Notes under the pieces: generated by a model | Seen by the model: the letters and a program-made list of their open reading frames with translations, nothing else | What the model was told of the DNA's origin: nothing | Database searches by the model: none | Made by a program: the position numbers and the translations under genes | Shown here: positions 9,364-17,467 of the stretch, one piece after another | Layout: each line of letters starts with the position of its first letter | Numbering within the stretch: position 1 is the stretch's first letter | Virus record (IMG/VR): IMGVR_UViG_3300034136_000001 | Coordinates: 1 to 40,178 of that record | Origin: a virus | DNA length: 40,178 nucleotides | Strand: one strand, 5' to 3'

Positions 9364-10419
9364 ATGGCAGAACCAGCAGCAACAGCACCTTTATCCACAC
9401 CCGCGCCCGGCGCAGGCGACGCACCAGCGCCCGCTCCTGCACCAGCACCAGCACCAGCGCCAGCCGCAACACCACCAGCTCCAGAGTTAACCCCTGAACA
9501 ACAGGACGACGCCGAATGGGATGCCGTAGAGGACGAGCTTTTTCCTGGTGTAAAATCAACTAATAAGGATAAAAAAGATGAGCCAGCCAAGCCCGAAACG
9601 ACAACTGAAACGACTACGACGGACCCGAAAAATCCAGACGGAAAAAAACCAGATGCGGAACCGGGGGCTGGTGATGATACCGCAGCGGGAGGCGAATCGC
9701 CGGCGACAACTGAGGAAACCACCACCGCACCAAGTGAGCCGTCTGTTGGCCAGTCAGCTCGCGACTATGCCCGACAAGTAGAAACTGTCCGCGCCGATGT
9801 TATCAAACAGATGTTTGCCGACGTGCCCGAACACCTCCAGGACGCTGACGGCGACCCGATTACTTCTATCGACGATGTGATGAAACTCCAGAACCCCCGC
9901 ACCGGCGAGGCGTTTACAGAGGAGGAAGCCGGTATGTGGCTCTTGTCCGCACAGCAAAAGCACAATCAGCAACGCGCCGATATGGAGCGCCAGGCCACCC
10001 AAATTGCCGAGGTCCAAATCGAGATTAAAGAGCAGGCTGACCGCATCAATGCCAAGTATGGGGACTATCTGAAAGCTAACACCCAGCTCCGTGATGAGCT
10101 ATGGGCCGATTGGCAGGATACGCTTATCAAAGACGAAAAGAGCGGCGTCATCACCAAGACACCAATGTCTCTGGAGAAGTTTTATGAACGCGCTCTAGGT
10201 CCTGTTGTCCAGGCGGCCAATGCCAGCGCCGCCGCAGCCGCTCAAGCCGAGGCCGACAAGAAAGCTGCCGATGAAAAGGCTGCCGCCGAAGCGGAGGAGA
10301 AGAAAAAGAATCGTCGGGCCGACCGTTCAGATATCTACGGTGGAACCGGCAAGGTCGATACCCGTAGCGACGAAGATAAGGAGTGGGACGATGCGGAAAA
10401 GGCCGTATTCGGCGGTTAA
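9364..10419 (+). CDS. Scaffolding protein (putative)
   Basis: A 351-aa ORF with RBS AGAGGT. It has a low-complexity (PA)n and Thr/Glu-rich N-terminal half and an Ala/Lys/Glu coiled-coil-like C-terminal half (AAAAAQAEADKKAADEKAAAEAEEKKK). It lies between the portal and capsid genes. Confidence 0.55.
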   Translation: MAEPAATAPLSTPAPGAGDAPAPAPAPAPAPAPAATPPAPELTPEQQDDAEWDAVEDELFPGVKSTNKDKKDEPAKPETTTETTTTDPKNPDGKKPDAEPGAGDDTAAGGESPATTEETTTAPSEPSVGQSARDYARQVETVRADVIKQMFADVPEHLQDADGDPITSIDDVMKLQNPRTGEAFTEEEAGMWLLSAQQKHNQQRADMERQATQIAEVQIEIKEQADRINAKYGDYLKANTQLRDELWADWQDTLIKDEKSGVITKTPMSLEKFYERALGPVVQAANASAAAAAQAEADKKAADEKAAAEAEEKKKNRRADRSDIYGGTGKVDTRSDEDKEWDDAEKAVFGG

Positions 10420-10444
10420 TAAATAACATAGGGAGTACATAGAA

Positions 10445-10705
10445 ATGGGAGAACTTACATTAATGGAATTTGGCGACGTACTGAACCGGCTTGACCGATC
10501 ACATCCTGGCAAATATGCCCGCAAGGGCTGGAATGGCAAGGGGCTGTTCATCGCGGCGCAATACCCGGATGAACATTCTAAAATGGGTAATCCCTACCTC
10601 TATATCGACGCTACGGCGCTTGGCGGTACACTAAACCCTTGGGTTCCATCACAAACTGATTTATTCGCTAATGACTGGTACGAAGTTACCGAGGAGACAA
10701 AGTAA
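10445..10705 (+). CDS. DUF2829-like small protein, possibly a Tad2-type anti-Thoeris sponge
   Basis: An 86-aa ORF with RBS GGGAG. It carries the motifs ARKGWNGKG ... NPYLYI ... PWVPSQTDLFANDWYEV, which match my recollection of the DUF2829 signature. This has not been checked with an HMM. Confidence 0.5.
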   Translation: MGELTLMEFGDVLNRLDRSHPGKYARKGWNGKGLFIAAQYPDEHSKMGNPYLYIDATALGGTLNPWVPSQTDLFANDWYEVTEETK

Positions 10706-11163
10706 TGCCAATTGCATTTTTTAATATCCGCAGCAAGGAAACGGTCACAGCCGAAACCGAGCCGCAGATTTCAGCACTATGGGCCAGCTCTGATCGCAGC
10801 CCTAATATCACTCAAGGCCAAGATTTCGGTTGGCGGCTCGCTCCGGCAGTTGTTGTAGAAATGAAACGGATTAAGCAGGACTATGCCAGGCTCCAGGAGA
10901 TCGCCAGCCGTTACCGTATTTCCGTTGAGGACATCGACGAAAAGGCTATCCTGCAATATATTAGCGATACTACGACCCGTGAGGCCGCTCCGGTTGCTGA
11001 TGATACCGATTATAGCGATGAGTATAACGACGAAATTCGCCGGCTCCAGCTTGAAGCTGACGCTGAACGCACGGCTGCATTAGAAAGGTCAACCGCCCCT
11101 GTCACTACTACGACCACTACTGAGGCCCCTACCACTACGACAACCACGACCAAGGCTAAGTAG
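10705..11163 (+). CDS. Hypothetical protein with a poly-Thr C-terminal tail
   Basis: A 152-aa ORF coupled to the upstream gene by a TAATG overlap. The C-terminus reads TAPVTTTTTTEAPTTTTTTTKAK. Confidence 0.55.
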   Translation: MPIAFFNIRSKETVTAETEPQISALWASSDRSPNITQGQDFGWRLAPAVVVEMKRIKQDYARLQEIASRYRISVEDIDEKAILQYISDTTTREAAPVADDTDYSDEYNDEIRRLQLEADAERTAALERSTAPVTTTTTTEAPTTTTTTTKAK

Positions 11164-11233
11164 ACTATTCCATAGCGCAAACGCTTAGTTTTATGGTAGC
11201 GTAAAATAGTTAAACATAATAAGGAGTTCCATC

Positions 11234-11548
11234 ATGGCACAAGACGACAAGAAAACCACTGACCAGAGTAATAGTGCTGATAAAAACACGCCTACCAGGG
11301 GTGCGAATGAAAGCGTTACTAATACCACCACTGTTACTGAACAGCCCGGCCAAACCAATCAAGCTGAAAAGCGCGGCGAAGTCGTTATTGACGAGAACAA
11401 AGACGCTCATGTTCTCAAAGAACAATCAAGCGAGGAGCGCTTAGAGGATGCCCGCCAAGAGGGTCTGCGAAATCACGAAGTTGAACATGCGAATGATGAG
11501 CAGACAAATCAGGGCGACCCAACTAGCCGCGATAAGCAAGCGGAGTAG
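11234..11548 (+). CDS. Highly charged, probably disordered small protein
   Basis: A 104-aa ORF with RBS AAGGAG. It is rich in Asp, Glu, Lys, Gln, Asn and Thr and has no hydrophobic core. Its 3' end overlaps the convergent terminase gene by 26 nt. Confidence 0.5.
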   Translation: MAQDDKKTTDQSNSADKNTPTRGANESVTNTTTVTEQPGQTNQAEKRGEVVIDENKDAHVLKEQSSEERLEDARQEGLRNHEVEHANDEQTNQGDPTSRDKQAE

Positions 11549-12887
11549 TAACTAGATCACCCTCATAAGTGGCTTGTACCCGTTCAGGGGAGTAGGAATA
11601 CTCCCCTGTTCTTTCGTCAAAATCCTGCTCGATAGCAGCATAGACGTAGCGCACCGCGTCGGCCGCATGGGAATTGGTGTCGTGCTGCGGACCCTGGTAA
11701 TCGCCAGTTAGCGGATTGAACTTACGCTTATACATCATCAATTTGCGTCGTAGATCAACAGTGGTCGCGGCGTTGTAGGTGGTTTTAATCGTGCGTTCAA
11801 TGGCTCGTTTGATACTGTCCTCTTTACTCTCGCGCCGGAGCAGACTGGAATTAATCAAACCGAGATCATGGGCTTTATTGATGCGGGCAATGGCGTCACT
11901 GTCACGGACGCTACCATCGTGCGGGAGGAAATGCCAGGCCATGTTGTACGGTTTTGACATGACGAACTTTATGATTGCCTCATCGCCTACGTCCGGTGTT
12001 TCGTGGTAGTCGATTATATGTATCATGCCTTGATAATACTGGAAGAATACGATAGCCGTGCTGTCGGCTCCGCCACCAAGGTCCCAGGCGGTGTAAGCCG
12101 GGAAATCAGGGTTGTACGCGAACTCGCCAATGCGCCCTTGCTCTTTGGCTAATTGGAGAGCCGCACCGTAATAGCTGGTACTGGACGCCTGGCCGAAGTC
12201 ACACATGTATTCTTGTCGGTAGAAGAAATCATTACCGTTTTCGCGGATTGCCTCCTCACGGGCCTCCTCTAGCTCGGCCGCCGTCAGGTAGCGGTCGGCA
12301 GTAATCAGACTAGCGAACTGTGTCTTTTTGCCGCTAGACCAGTTGAGTAAGGCGTTGTTATAAATGATCTCGAACGTGCCACCAGAGATACCATCAATTT
12401 TTGGCGTAGATTGAATGATAATCTGACCCTTGTTAGCGCGGACAATCGGGCGAATAACCTTAAGCGCACCATAGGGGATATCGACGAACTCAGAGAAGAT
12501 GTAGATTTTGCCGTTCGCACCACGGAGGCTGTCCGGCTCGGAGGCCCCTAGCAGCATAAGCGTGGAGCCGTTCTTGAGGGTGATGTGCATATCGGTCGGG
12601 CTGTTTGTCCGCTGGGCGATCAGGGATTTCGGGATACTATCCAGAATCGGCCGCCCGTCATTGTCGATAGCGGTCCAGAAGTTGTCATATCCCTGCCGCT
12701 TGGTCGGCCACACAATGACCACGTTTATTGGTGTTTCTACCATCTTCTTGACCGCATAGGAGAAGCAAGTAAAGTCCTTGCCGGCACGTCGCGCCCAACA
12801 AAAAACAGCTAAACTAACCCCGCCATCGAGGGCCGCTAGACCCTCTGCTTGGTAGTCGCGGGCGGTGAAATTAAGAGGAACCTGCAT
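11523..12887 (-). CDS. terL: Terminase large subunit
   Basis: A 454-aa ORF. It has an N-terminal ATPase signature (FCWARRAGKDFT, a Walker A-like RRxGK) and a C-terminal nuclease-like region (TAWDLGGGADSTAIVFF ... HDTNSHAADAVRY). It is the only minus-strand gene inside the structural block. Confidence 0.85.
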   Translation of the reverse strand: MQVPLNFTARDYQAEGLAALDGGVSLAVFCWARRAGKDFTCFSYAVKKMVETPINVVIVWPTKRQGYDNFWTAIDNDGRPILDSIPKSLIAQRTNSPTDMHITLKNGSTLMLLGASEPDSLRGANGKIYIFSEFVDIPYGALKVIRPIVRANKGQIIIQSTPKIDGISGGTFEIIYNNALLNWSSGKKTQFASLITADRYLTAAELEEAREEAIRENGNDFFYRQEYMCDFGQASSTSYYGAALQLAKEQGRIGEFAYNPDFPAYTAWDLGGGADSTAIVFFQYYQGMIHIIDYHETPDVGDEAIIKFVMSKPYNMAWHFLPHDGSVRDSDAIARINKAHDLGLINSSLLRRESKEDSIKRAIERTIKTTYNAATTVDLRRKLMMYKRKFNPLTGDYQGPQHDTNSHAADAVRYVYAAIEQDFDERTGEYSYSPERVQATYEGDLVTTPLAYRG

Positions 12888-12913
12888 ATATCATAAGTCT
12901 AGCATAAACGCTA

Positions 12914-12943
12914 TTGCTTTTCTTCCATGCTTCCGATTATACT
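12914..12943 (+). promoter_or_regulatory. Sigma70-type promoter: TTGCTT, 18-nt spacer, TATACT, upstream of the capsid gene
   Basis: The hexamers were read directly, at 12914-12919 and 12938-12943. They lie in the divergent intergenic region between terL and the capsid gene. Confidence 0.45.
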
Positions 12944-13002
12944 TATGCTCACAGGCATCTGACATTAACATATGATCTCTAATAAGAAAGTAGGATACAA
13001 TT

Positions 13003-13854
13003 TTGGCTTACGGTACAAGAACTAGCAACATCATGGACAAGCCGCTGGCAATCAGCTCGGTTTTCCACCCTCACGTCGGGGACAATGGCTATAAAATGGA
13101 GGGTCTGAACAGCGTCCGCGTTCTCTCTGTTGCCAACGGTACATTAGCAAACTATGACGAAACCAGCGCGACTGCACCGATGGGCGCACCGAGCCTGGTT
13201 GTCCCGGATGAGCAAGTCCTGACGCTGGCTTACAACAAATCCATGTTGCTCCGCATCCAGCGTACTCAGATACAGGACATCCCTGTCAGTTCATTTAGTA
13301 AACAAGTTGCTCTGCAACAGGCCGATTCGGTATTCGTCCCTGCACACGACGCCTACTCGCTGGCCAAAGTTTTCGCGGCTCGCCCGGTTGGAAACAAAGT
13401 CGAGCTTGATACTGCGAAGTACACGCTCTCGTTCCAGAAAACTGTTAACAAGGCTCGTACTGGTGGAGCCGTCATTGGCAGCCTGCTTGCTTGGGTAACA
13501 TTCACCTTTAGCGCCGCAGCCCAGGACCAGATCAACTTTACAGGTTCCGACACTGGCTACACCGCCGGTAAAAACGGATACCTCGGTAAGTTGGCCGGCG
13601 TCCCGCTGATCGAAGTTCCAGATGGTTACTTCTTCGCCGGTGTCCACGCATTGATCGCTGACAAGCGGGCAATCGTGAACGTCACGCCGAAGATGGACCC
13701 TAAAGAGGGCGGTATGACAGTCATTGACCCGGTTCCTCTGTTCTCTGGTATCGAAATCCAGCTCCGCGACCGTGGCGACACATTCGTCCTAAACAAGAAA
13801 GCCTCTACTGTGGCTACACTTGAAACGGCTGCCTCAACCACTACTACGGCCTAA
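13003..13854 (+). CDS. Major capsid protein (putative)
   Basis: A 283-aa ORF with a TTG start 7 nt after AGGA. It has its own promoter and lies downstream of the scaffold module. The C-terminus ends AASTTTTA. The assignment rests on position, size and composition. Confidence 0.55.
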   Translation: MAYGTRTSNIMDKPLAISSVFHPHVGDNGYKMEGLNSVRVLSVANGTLANYDETSATAPMGAPSLVVPDEQVLTLAYNKSMLLRIQRTQIQDIPVSSFSKQVALQQADSVFVPAHDAYSLAKVFAARPVGNKVELDTAKYTLSFQKTVNKARTGGAVIGSLLAWVTFTFSAAAQDQINFTGSDTGYTAGKNGYLGKLAGVPLIEVPDGYFFAGVHALIADKRAIVNVTPKMDPKEGGMTVIDPVPLFSGIEIQLRDRGDTFVLNKKASTVATLETAASTTTTA

Positions 13855-13860
13855 TAAGCC

Positions 13861-14727
13861 ATGAAGTTGATATTAGCGCAGCCCTCCATTAAAAGGTTCC
13901 AATGGGAGCTGGAGGTGCTGCTCACTAATATCAGGCAGTTCGGGGATTTCGACGTTGTACTTTTGTTCACACGTCACGACGACACCGTGCCTCAATACTT
14001 GGCTGACAAGTACGGGGCGCGGTGTTTTGTGTACGAGGACCGGCGCACCGACAAGTCCTATATACCGTCAGTTCGGCCGTGGCTTCTATGGCAATACCTT
14101 TCCAGTGACCCGGCCCGCGAGCTGGAACAATACTTTTATATTGATGCTGACATCATTTTCAGGGAGTGGCCAGATTTTGCGACATTAAGTTCTAACCCAA
14201 AAACCGTTGTAGGGTCGGATTGCCACAGTTATATCGGGTACGAATATCTGATTAAATGCAAAAATGGCCAGGACATCGTGAATAATATGGCTTTTATCTG
14301 CGGTATCAGGCCGGAGCAGATGTACCAAGTTCCCGGCATCGGCGCACATCTGCTGTTGAATCAGCCCAAAGCTGAGTTTTGGCGACGGGCTTATAACGAC
14401 AGTAACGCAATTTATGAATATTTCCGTTGGCTCGATAGTGACATCCAGAAATGGACGGCCGAAATGTGGGCGCAGCAATGGGGTTGGGTACGGGACGGCA
14501 TAAAGCCTATGTCCGCTGGTGAATTAGATTTTTGCCGCCCAACCGATGACTTGGCCGTTTGGGATACCGTTAAGATTATGCACAACGCTGGAGTTATGGG
14601 TAGTGAGGAGCTGTTTTTTAAGGGCAAATACGTCGATAGTATGCCATTCAACGACGACCTCTCCTATGTCAATCCCAAAAAGGTAAGCATTAAATATGTT
14701 GAGGCCGTGAAAAAAGTGGTACACTAA
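13861..14727 (+). CDS. Putative GT-A-like glycosyltransferase with a DxD motif
   Basis: A 288-aa ORF directly after the capsid gene. The N-terminal beta-alpha-beta-like region is followed by YFYIDADIIF (DxD). The family was not identified. Confidence 0.4.
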   Translation: MKLILAQPSIKRFQWELEVLLTNIRQFGDFDVVLLFTRHDDTVPQYLADKYGARCFVYEDRRTDKSYIPSVRPWLLWQYLSSDPARELEQYFYIDADIIFREWPDFATLSSNPKTVVGSDCHSYIGYEYLIKCKNGQDIVNNMAFICGIRPEQMYQVPGIGAHLLLNQPKAEFWRRAYNDSNAIYEYFRWLDSDIQKWTAEMWAQQWGWVRDGIKPMSAGELDFCRPTDDLAVWDTVKIMHNAGVMGSEELFFKGKYVDSMPFNDDLSYVNPKKVSIKYVEAVKKVVH

Positions 14728-14750
14728 CAGCAGAGCATAAGGGGTATAAC

Positions 14751-15548
14751 GTGGATACAGATTTTCTCTCGGTAAGCAACGGCAGCGGTGACGCGGCTCT
14801 TATGCACGTCAACGGTTCCGGCCGGTTGATCGGCGCTACCGTTATCCCTGTTGATACTGTTGCCAACGTCCCTGCAAAATTTATTGCGACATCTGGCACG
14901 CTCGGCCCGGACAACAAGATTACCGCTGCTACTAAGCGCGATTTTAAGGGCCACGTTAGCGGCTCTACTTTGGTTATCGACGGCTGGCTGCCCGGCAGCT
15001 TGGATAACCTGGCTCATACAGCCGGTATGGTTGTCGTTATCAAACCTAATACTCACTGGTCCAACACAGTTGCCGCTCTCCTCAAGTCCATCACGGGCCT
15101 TGCAGCGGCCGCTCCTGGGTATTTCACTAACCTTACTGCCACAGCCATTTCCGCTGCGTCTGCGGTCCTCTCTGGCGCTCTGACAGTAGGCGGCAACGCG
15201 ACTGTTACCGGCAACTTGGTTGTCGCTGGCACATCACGGCTGACTTCGGCATCTGTCGCCAGCGCAGGGACTATCACCCCATCAGCTCAGATTTATAACG
15301 TCACCGCCCTGGCTGTTCCAGCGACGTTTGCGGTTCCGAGTTTTGCGGCTGTTGACGGCATGAGCGTCCTTATCCGTATTCGGGACAACGGGACGGCTCG
15401 CGCTATAAGCTTTGCCTCTGGCTGGACTAATGTTAGTGGACTCGATACGCCAACTACGACTATCGCCAGTAAACTATTAACCATTGGTGCTGTGTACTCC
15501 TCCTTTACCTCAAAGTGGGAAATACAGGGTATCAACCAGAGTACATAG
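14751..15548 (+). CDS. Tail fibre or receptor-binding protein (short paralogue)
   Basis: A 265-aa ORF with a GTG start after AAGGGG. It has an Ala/Thr/Gly/Val-rich fibrous middle. Its C-terminal domain of about 90 aa is shared with the 943-aa fibre (RIRDNGTARAISF ... PTTT ... SKWEI). Confidence 0.5.
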   Translation: MDTDFLSVSNGSGDAALMHVNGSGRLIGATVIPVDTVANVPAKFIATSGTLGPDNKITAATKRDFKGHVSGSTLVIDGWLPGSLDNLAHTAGMVVVIKPNTHWSNTVAALLKSITGLAAAAPGYFTNLTATAISAASAVLSGALTVGGNATVTGNLVVAGTSRLTSASVASAGTITPSAQIYNVTALAVPATFAVPSFAAVDGMSVLIRIRDNGTARAISFASGWTNVSGLDTPTTTIASKLLTIGAVYSSFTSKWEIQGINQST

Positions 15549-15559
15549 GGGCCTGAGAT

Positions 15560-16270
15560 ATGGCAGTTTGGCAAGGTTCGGGCCACATCACGGGGACCAG
15601 TAACGGTACTGCGTATATCGAGATACAGACACAGGTGTATCAAACAGGGGACACTGGCTGGGATGTTCATTTTCAGGTCTATTACCGTGTCCGTAATGGC
15701 TGGAATGTTGCTCGAAACGCCCGTGGCGGTGGCAATTATGGCTGGAGCAACGGCGGCCCTTGGAACGGTCCGGGTGCATATCCGGCGGACTACAATATTT
15801 TTAACGGGTCATTCCATATTGGGCTTGACGCTAACGGCTATGCCTCGTATGGTCTGAACGCCTACATTGATCTCGACTTCAATACCCCTGCCACTATTAG
15901 TACGGGTGGCTCGGAGGGGATGCCCCGCATTGCTAAAGCCCCGTCAATCAACTCATTGACGCACGATAGCGTCAAGACTACGACGGCGCGATTAGGTGCT
16001 GAGATTAGTGGCTATGGCCACGGTACGGCCGCCGCTTTTGAAATGTATTACCGTCAACAGGGCGTTGGCGGATACATCAGCCTTGGACAGCAGGGCGATG
16101 TCGGCGGCTACAATTATTGGAATGTATCGGGCCTCCAGCCTGGAAAAACATATGAATATTATGTCCGTTGCTGGAATAACAACGGCGATACCGCCCAGAC
16201 AGGGGTACAGTCATTCAGGACAACGCCGCAGTCAGGGATGATCGCCGTTATAAGGGGCTTAGTACAATGA
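15560..16270 (+). CDS. Virion-associated protein with a fibronectin type III-like C-terminal domain
   Basis: A 236-aa ORF. Its C-terminal segment (PSINSLTHDSVKTTTARLGAEISG ... LQPGKTYEYYVRCWNNNGDT) resembles an FN3 fold. Confidence 0.4.
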   Translation: MAVWQGSGHITGTSNGTAYIEIQTQVYQTGDTGWDVHFQVYYRVRNGWNVARNARGGGNYGWSNGGPWNGPGAYPADYNIFNGSFHIGLDANGYASYGLNAYIDLDFNTPATISTGGSEGMPRIAKAPSINSLTHDSVKTTTARLGAEISGYGHGTAAAFEMYYRQQGVGGYISLGQQGDVGGYNYWNVSGLQPGKTYEYYVRCWNNNGDTAQTGVQSFRTTPQSGMIAVIRGLVQ

Positions 16271-16303
16271 TTAAGTATAAACGGATATGGGAGAAATAAA
16301 GAT

Positions 16304-16582
16304 ATGCCGGGCAAGGAACCTAGCAATACGGAAATCCTCAATGAACTTCGTGATATTGGAAAACGTCTTGGTGATTTGGAGCGTTGGAAGATATCCGAGG
16401 ATGCGTATAGGGCAGCGCTGGCCCAGGTTAAACGTGACGAAAAAGAAGCAAACCATGATGCTATTGCAGCCGAAGCTATTACTAAACGGACTGAATTATT
16501 TAAGCAAGCAGGCATTGTATTGGGGCTTATCGCCGCGATACTATATGCTTATGCTGCAACGAAAGGGATAACAACACCATAA
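16304..16582 (+). CDS. Small membrane protein with a C-terminal TM helix, a holin-like candidate
   Basis: A 92-aa ORF with a charged N-terminus followed by GIVLGLIAAILYAYAA. Confidence 0.4.
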   Translation: MPGKEPSNTEILNELRDIGKRLGDLERWKISEDAYRAALAQVKRDEKEANHDAIAAEAITKRTELFKQAGIVLGLIAAILYAYAATKGITTP

Positions 16583-17028
16583 TGAAATATCTTCAAAAGA
16601 TTAAATTAGCGACTATGTTCTCTGTACTCGATATCGCTAAGTTTATTTTGCTTATGGTACTCCTCACAATGTTTGTCAATTTTAATGCGCGGGCCGCCCA
16701 GCAAGCCGAAGAAACTAAGTCTATTGCGGCCAGCACGAATAGGGTCGTCAAATCTCAAGAGGATATTCTCCAGGCCATTAAACAGGTAACGGACGATACG
16801 AGAATTACCGCCCGCGAACAAACGGCGATCATAATTTGTATGCTTCAAGTTGAGACTAGAGAGCGTTCAGACGCTCTGTTGGCAGCGTGTCGTCAAGACG
16901 CCGCTGAGTCAGGCGTCGATAATGCTCCTGGAACAAGTCGAAGCTCAAGTGGTATAAATCAGGGTAATTCATTGTCTAAGCCTACAGGCGAAATAACTCC
17001 TCCACAATCGAATACCTCACAGCCATAA
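16582..17028 (+). CDS. Membrane protein with an N-terminal TM helix
   Basis: A 148-aa ORF coupled to the upstream gene by TAATG. It has the TM segment FILLMVLLTMFVNF and a Ser/Pro/Gly-rich C-terminus. Confidence 0.4.
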   Translation: MKYLQKIKLATMFSVLDIAKFILLMVLLTMFVNFNARAAQQAEETKSIAASTNRVVKSQEDILQAIKQVTDDTRITAREQTAIIICMLQVETRERSDALLAACRQDAAESGVDNAPGTSRSSSGINQGNSLSKPTGEITPPQSNTSQP

Positions 17029-17073
17029 AGATAATGATTCCTTAAACCGCTTACGCGAGGTACAATAAAGCTT

Positions 17074-17466
17074 ATGGAAACAATGCAATTTATGAGAGGC
17101 GATGGGGCAGATCACACGTTTGCTATCCCCACCTCTAGTTGGACTGCCGGGGGCCGCTTATTCTTTGCGGCGAAACAAACTATTGATGACGACACCACGG
17201 ATGCCGCAGCTATTATTGCGGGAAGTTGGGGCGACGAGGCGGTGTCTGATATTACTGTCAGCGGTGTGGCTTATAAACAATATGCCTGTCATTTCTCCGA
17301 TGTCGCCGATGACGTAGAGAGCAATGGGGCTACCGACCTGGAACTTCTAGGCGAGTTTCAATTTGTCCCTCTGGGCGGAGCTGACCCGACGACATTCCCC
17401 GGTCCCGGCCAGGACCGCATCCCGGTTAGCTTATCATTTGACGTAAAGCGAAAAACAACGGTGTAA
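17074..17466 (+). CDS. Hypothetical tail-module protein
   Basis: A 130-aa ORF. TACAAT at 17061-17066 lies 7 nt before the ATG, and the flanking 14-mer ggtacaataaagct is shared with 4222-4235. Confidence 0.5.
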   Translation: METMQFMRGDGADHTFAIPTSSWTAGGRLFFAAKQTIDDDTTDAAAIIAGSWGDEAVSDITVSGVAYKQYACHFSDVADDVESNGATDLELLGEFQFVPLGGADPTTFPGPGQDRIPVSLSFDVKRKTTV

Positions 17467-17467
17467 T

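Noticed and set aside
12996-13005. TACAAT at 12996-13001 as another leaderless promoter, this time for the capsid gene.
   Set aside because: It ends only 1 nt before the TTG start, which is too close for a transcription start. The AGGA at 12992-12995 works better as an RBS, with the TTGCTT/TATACT promoter further upstream.
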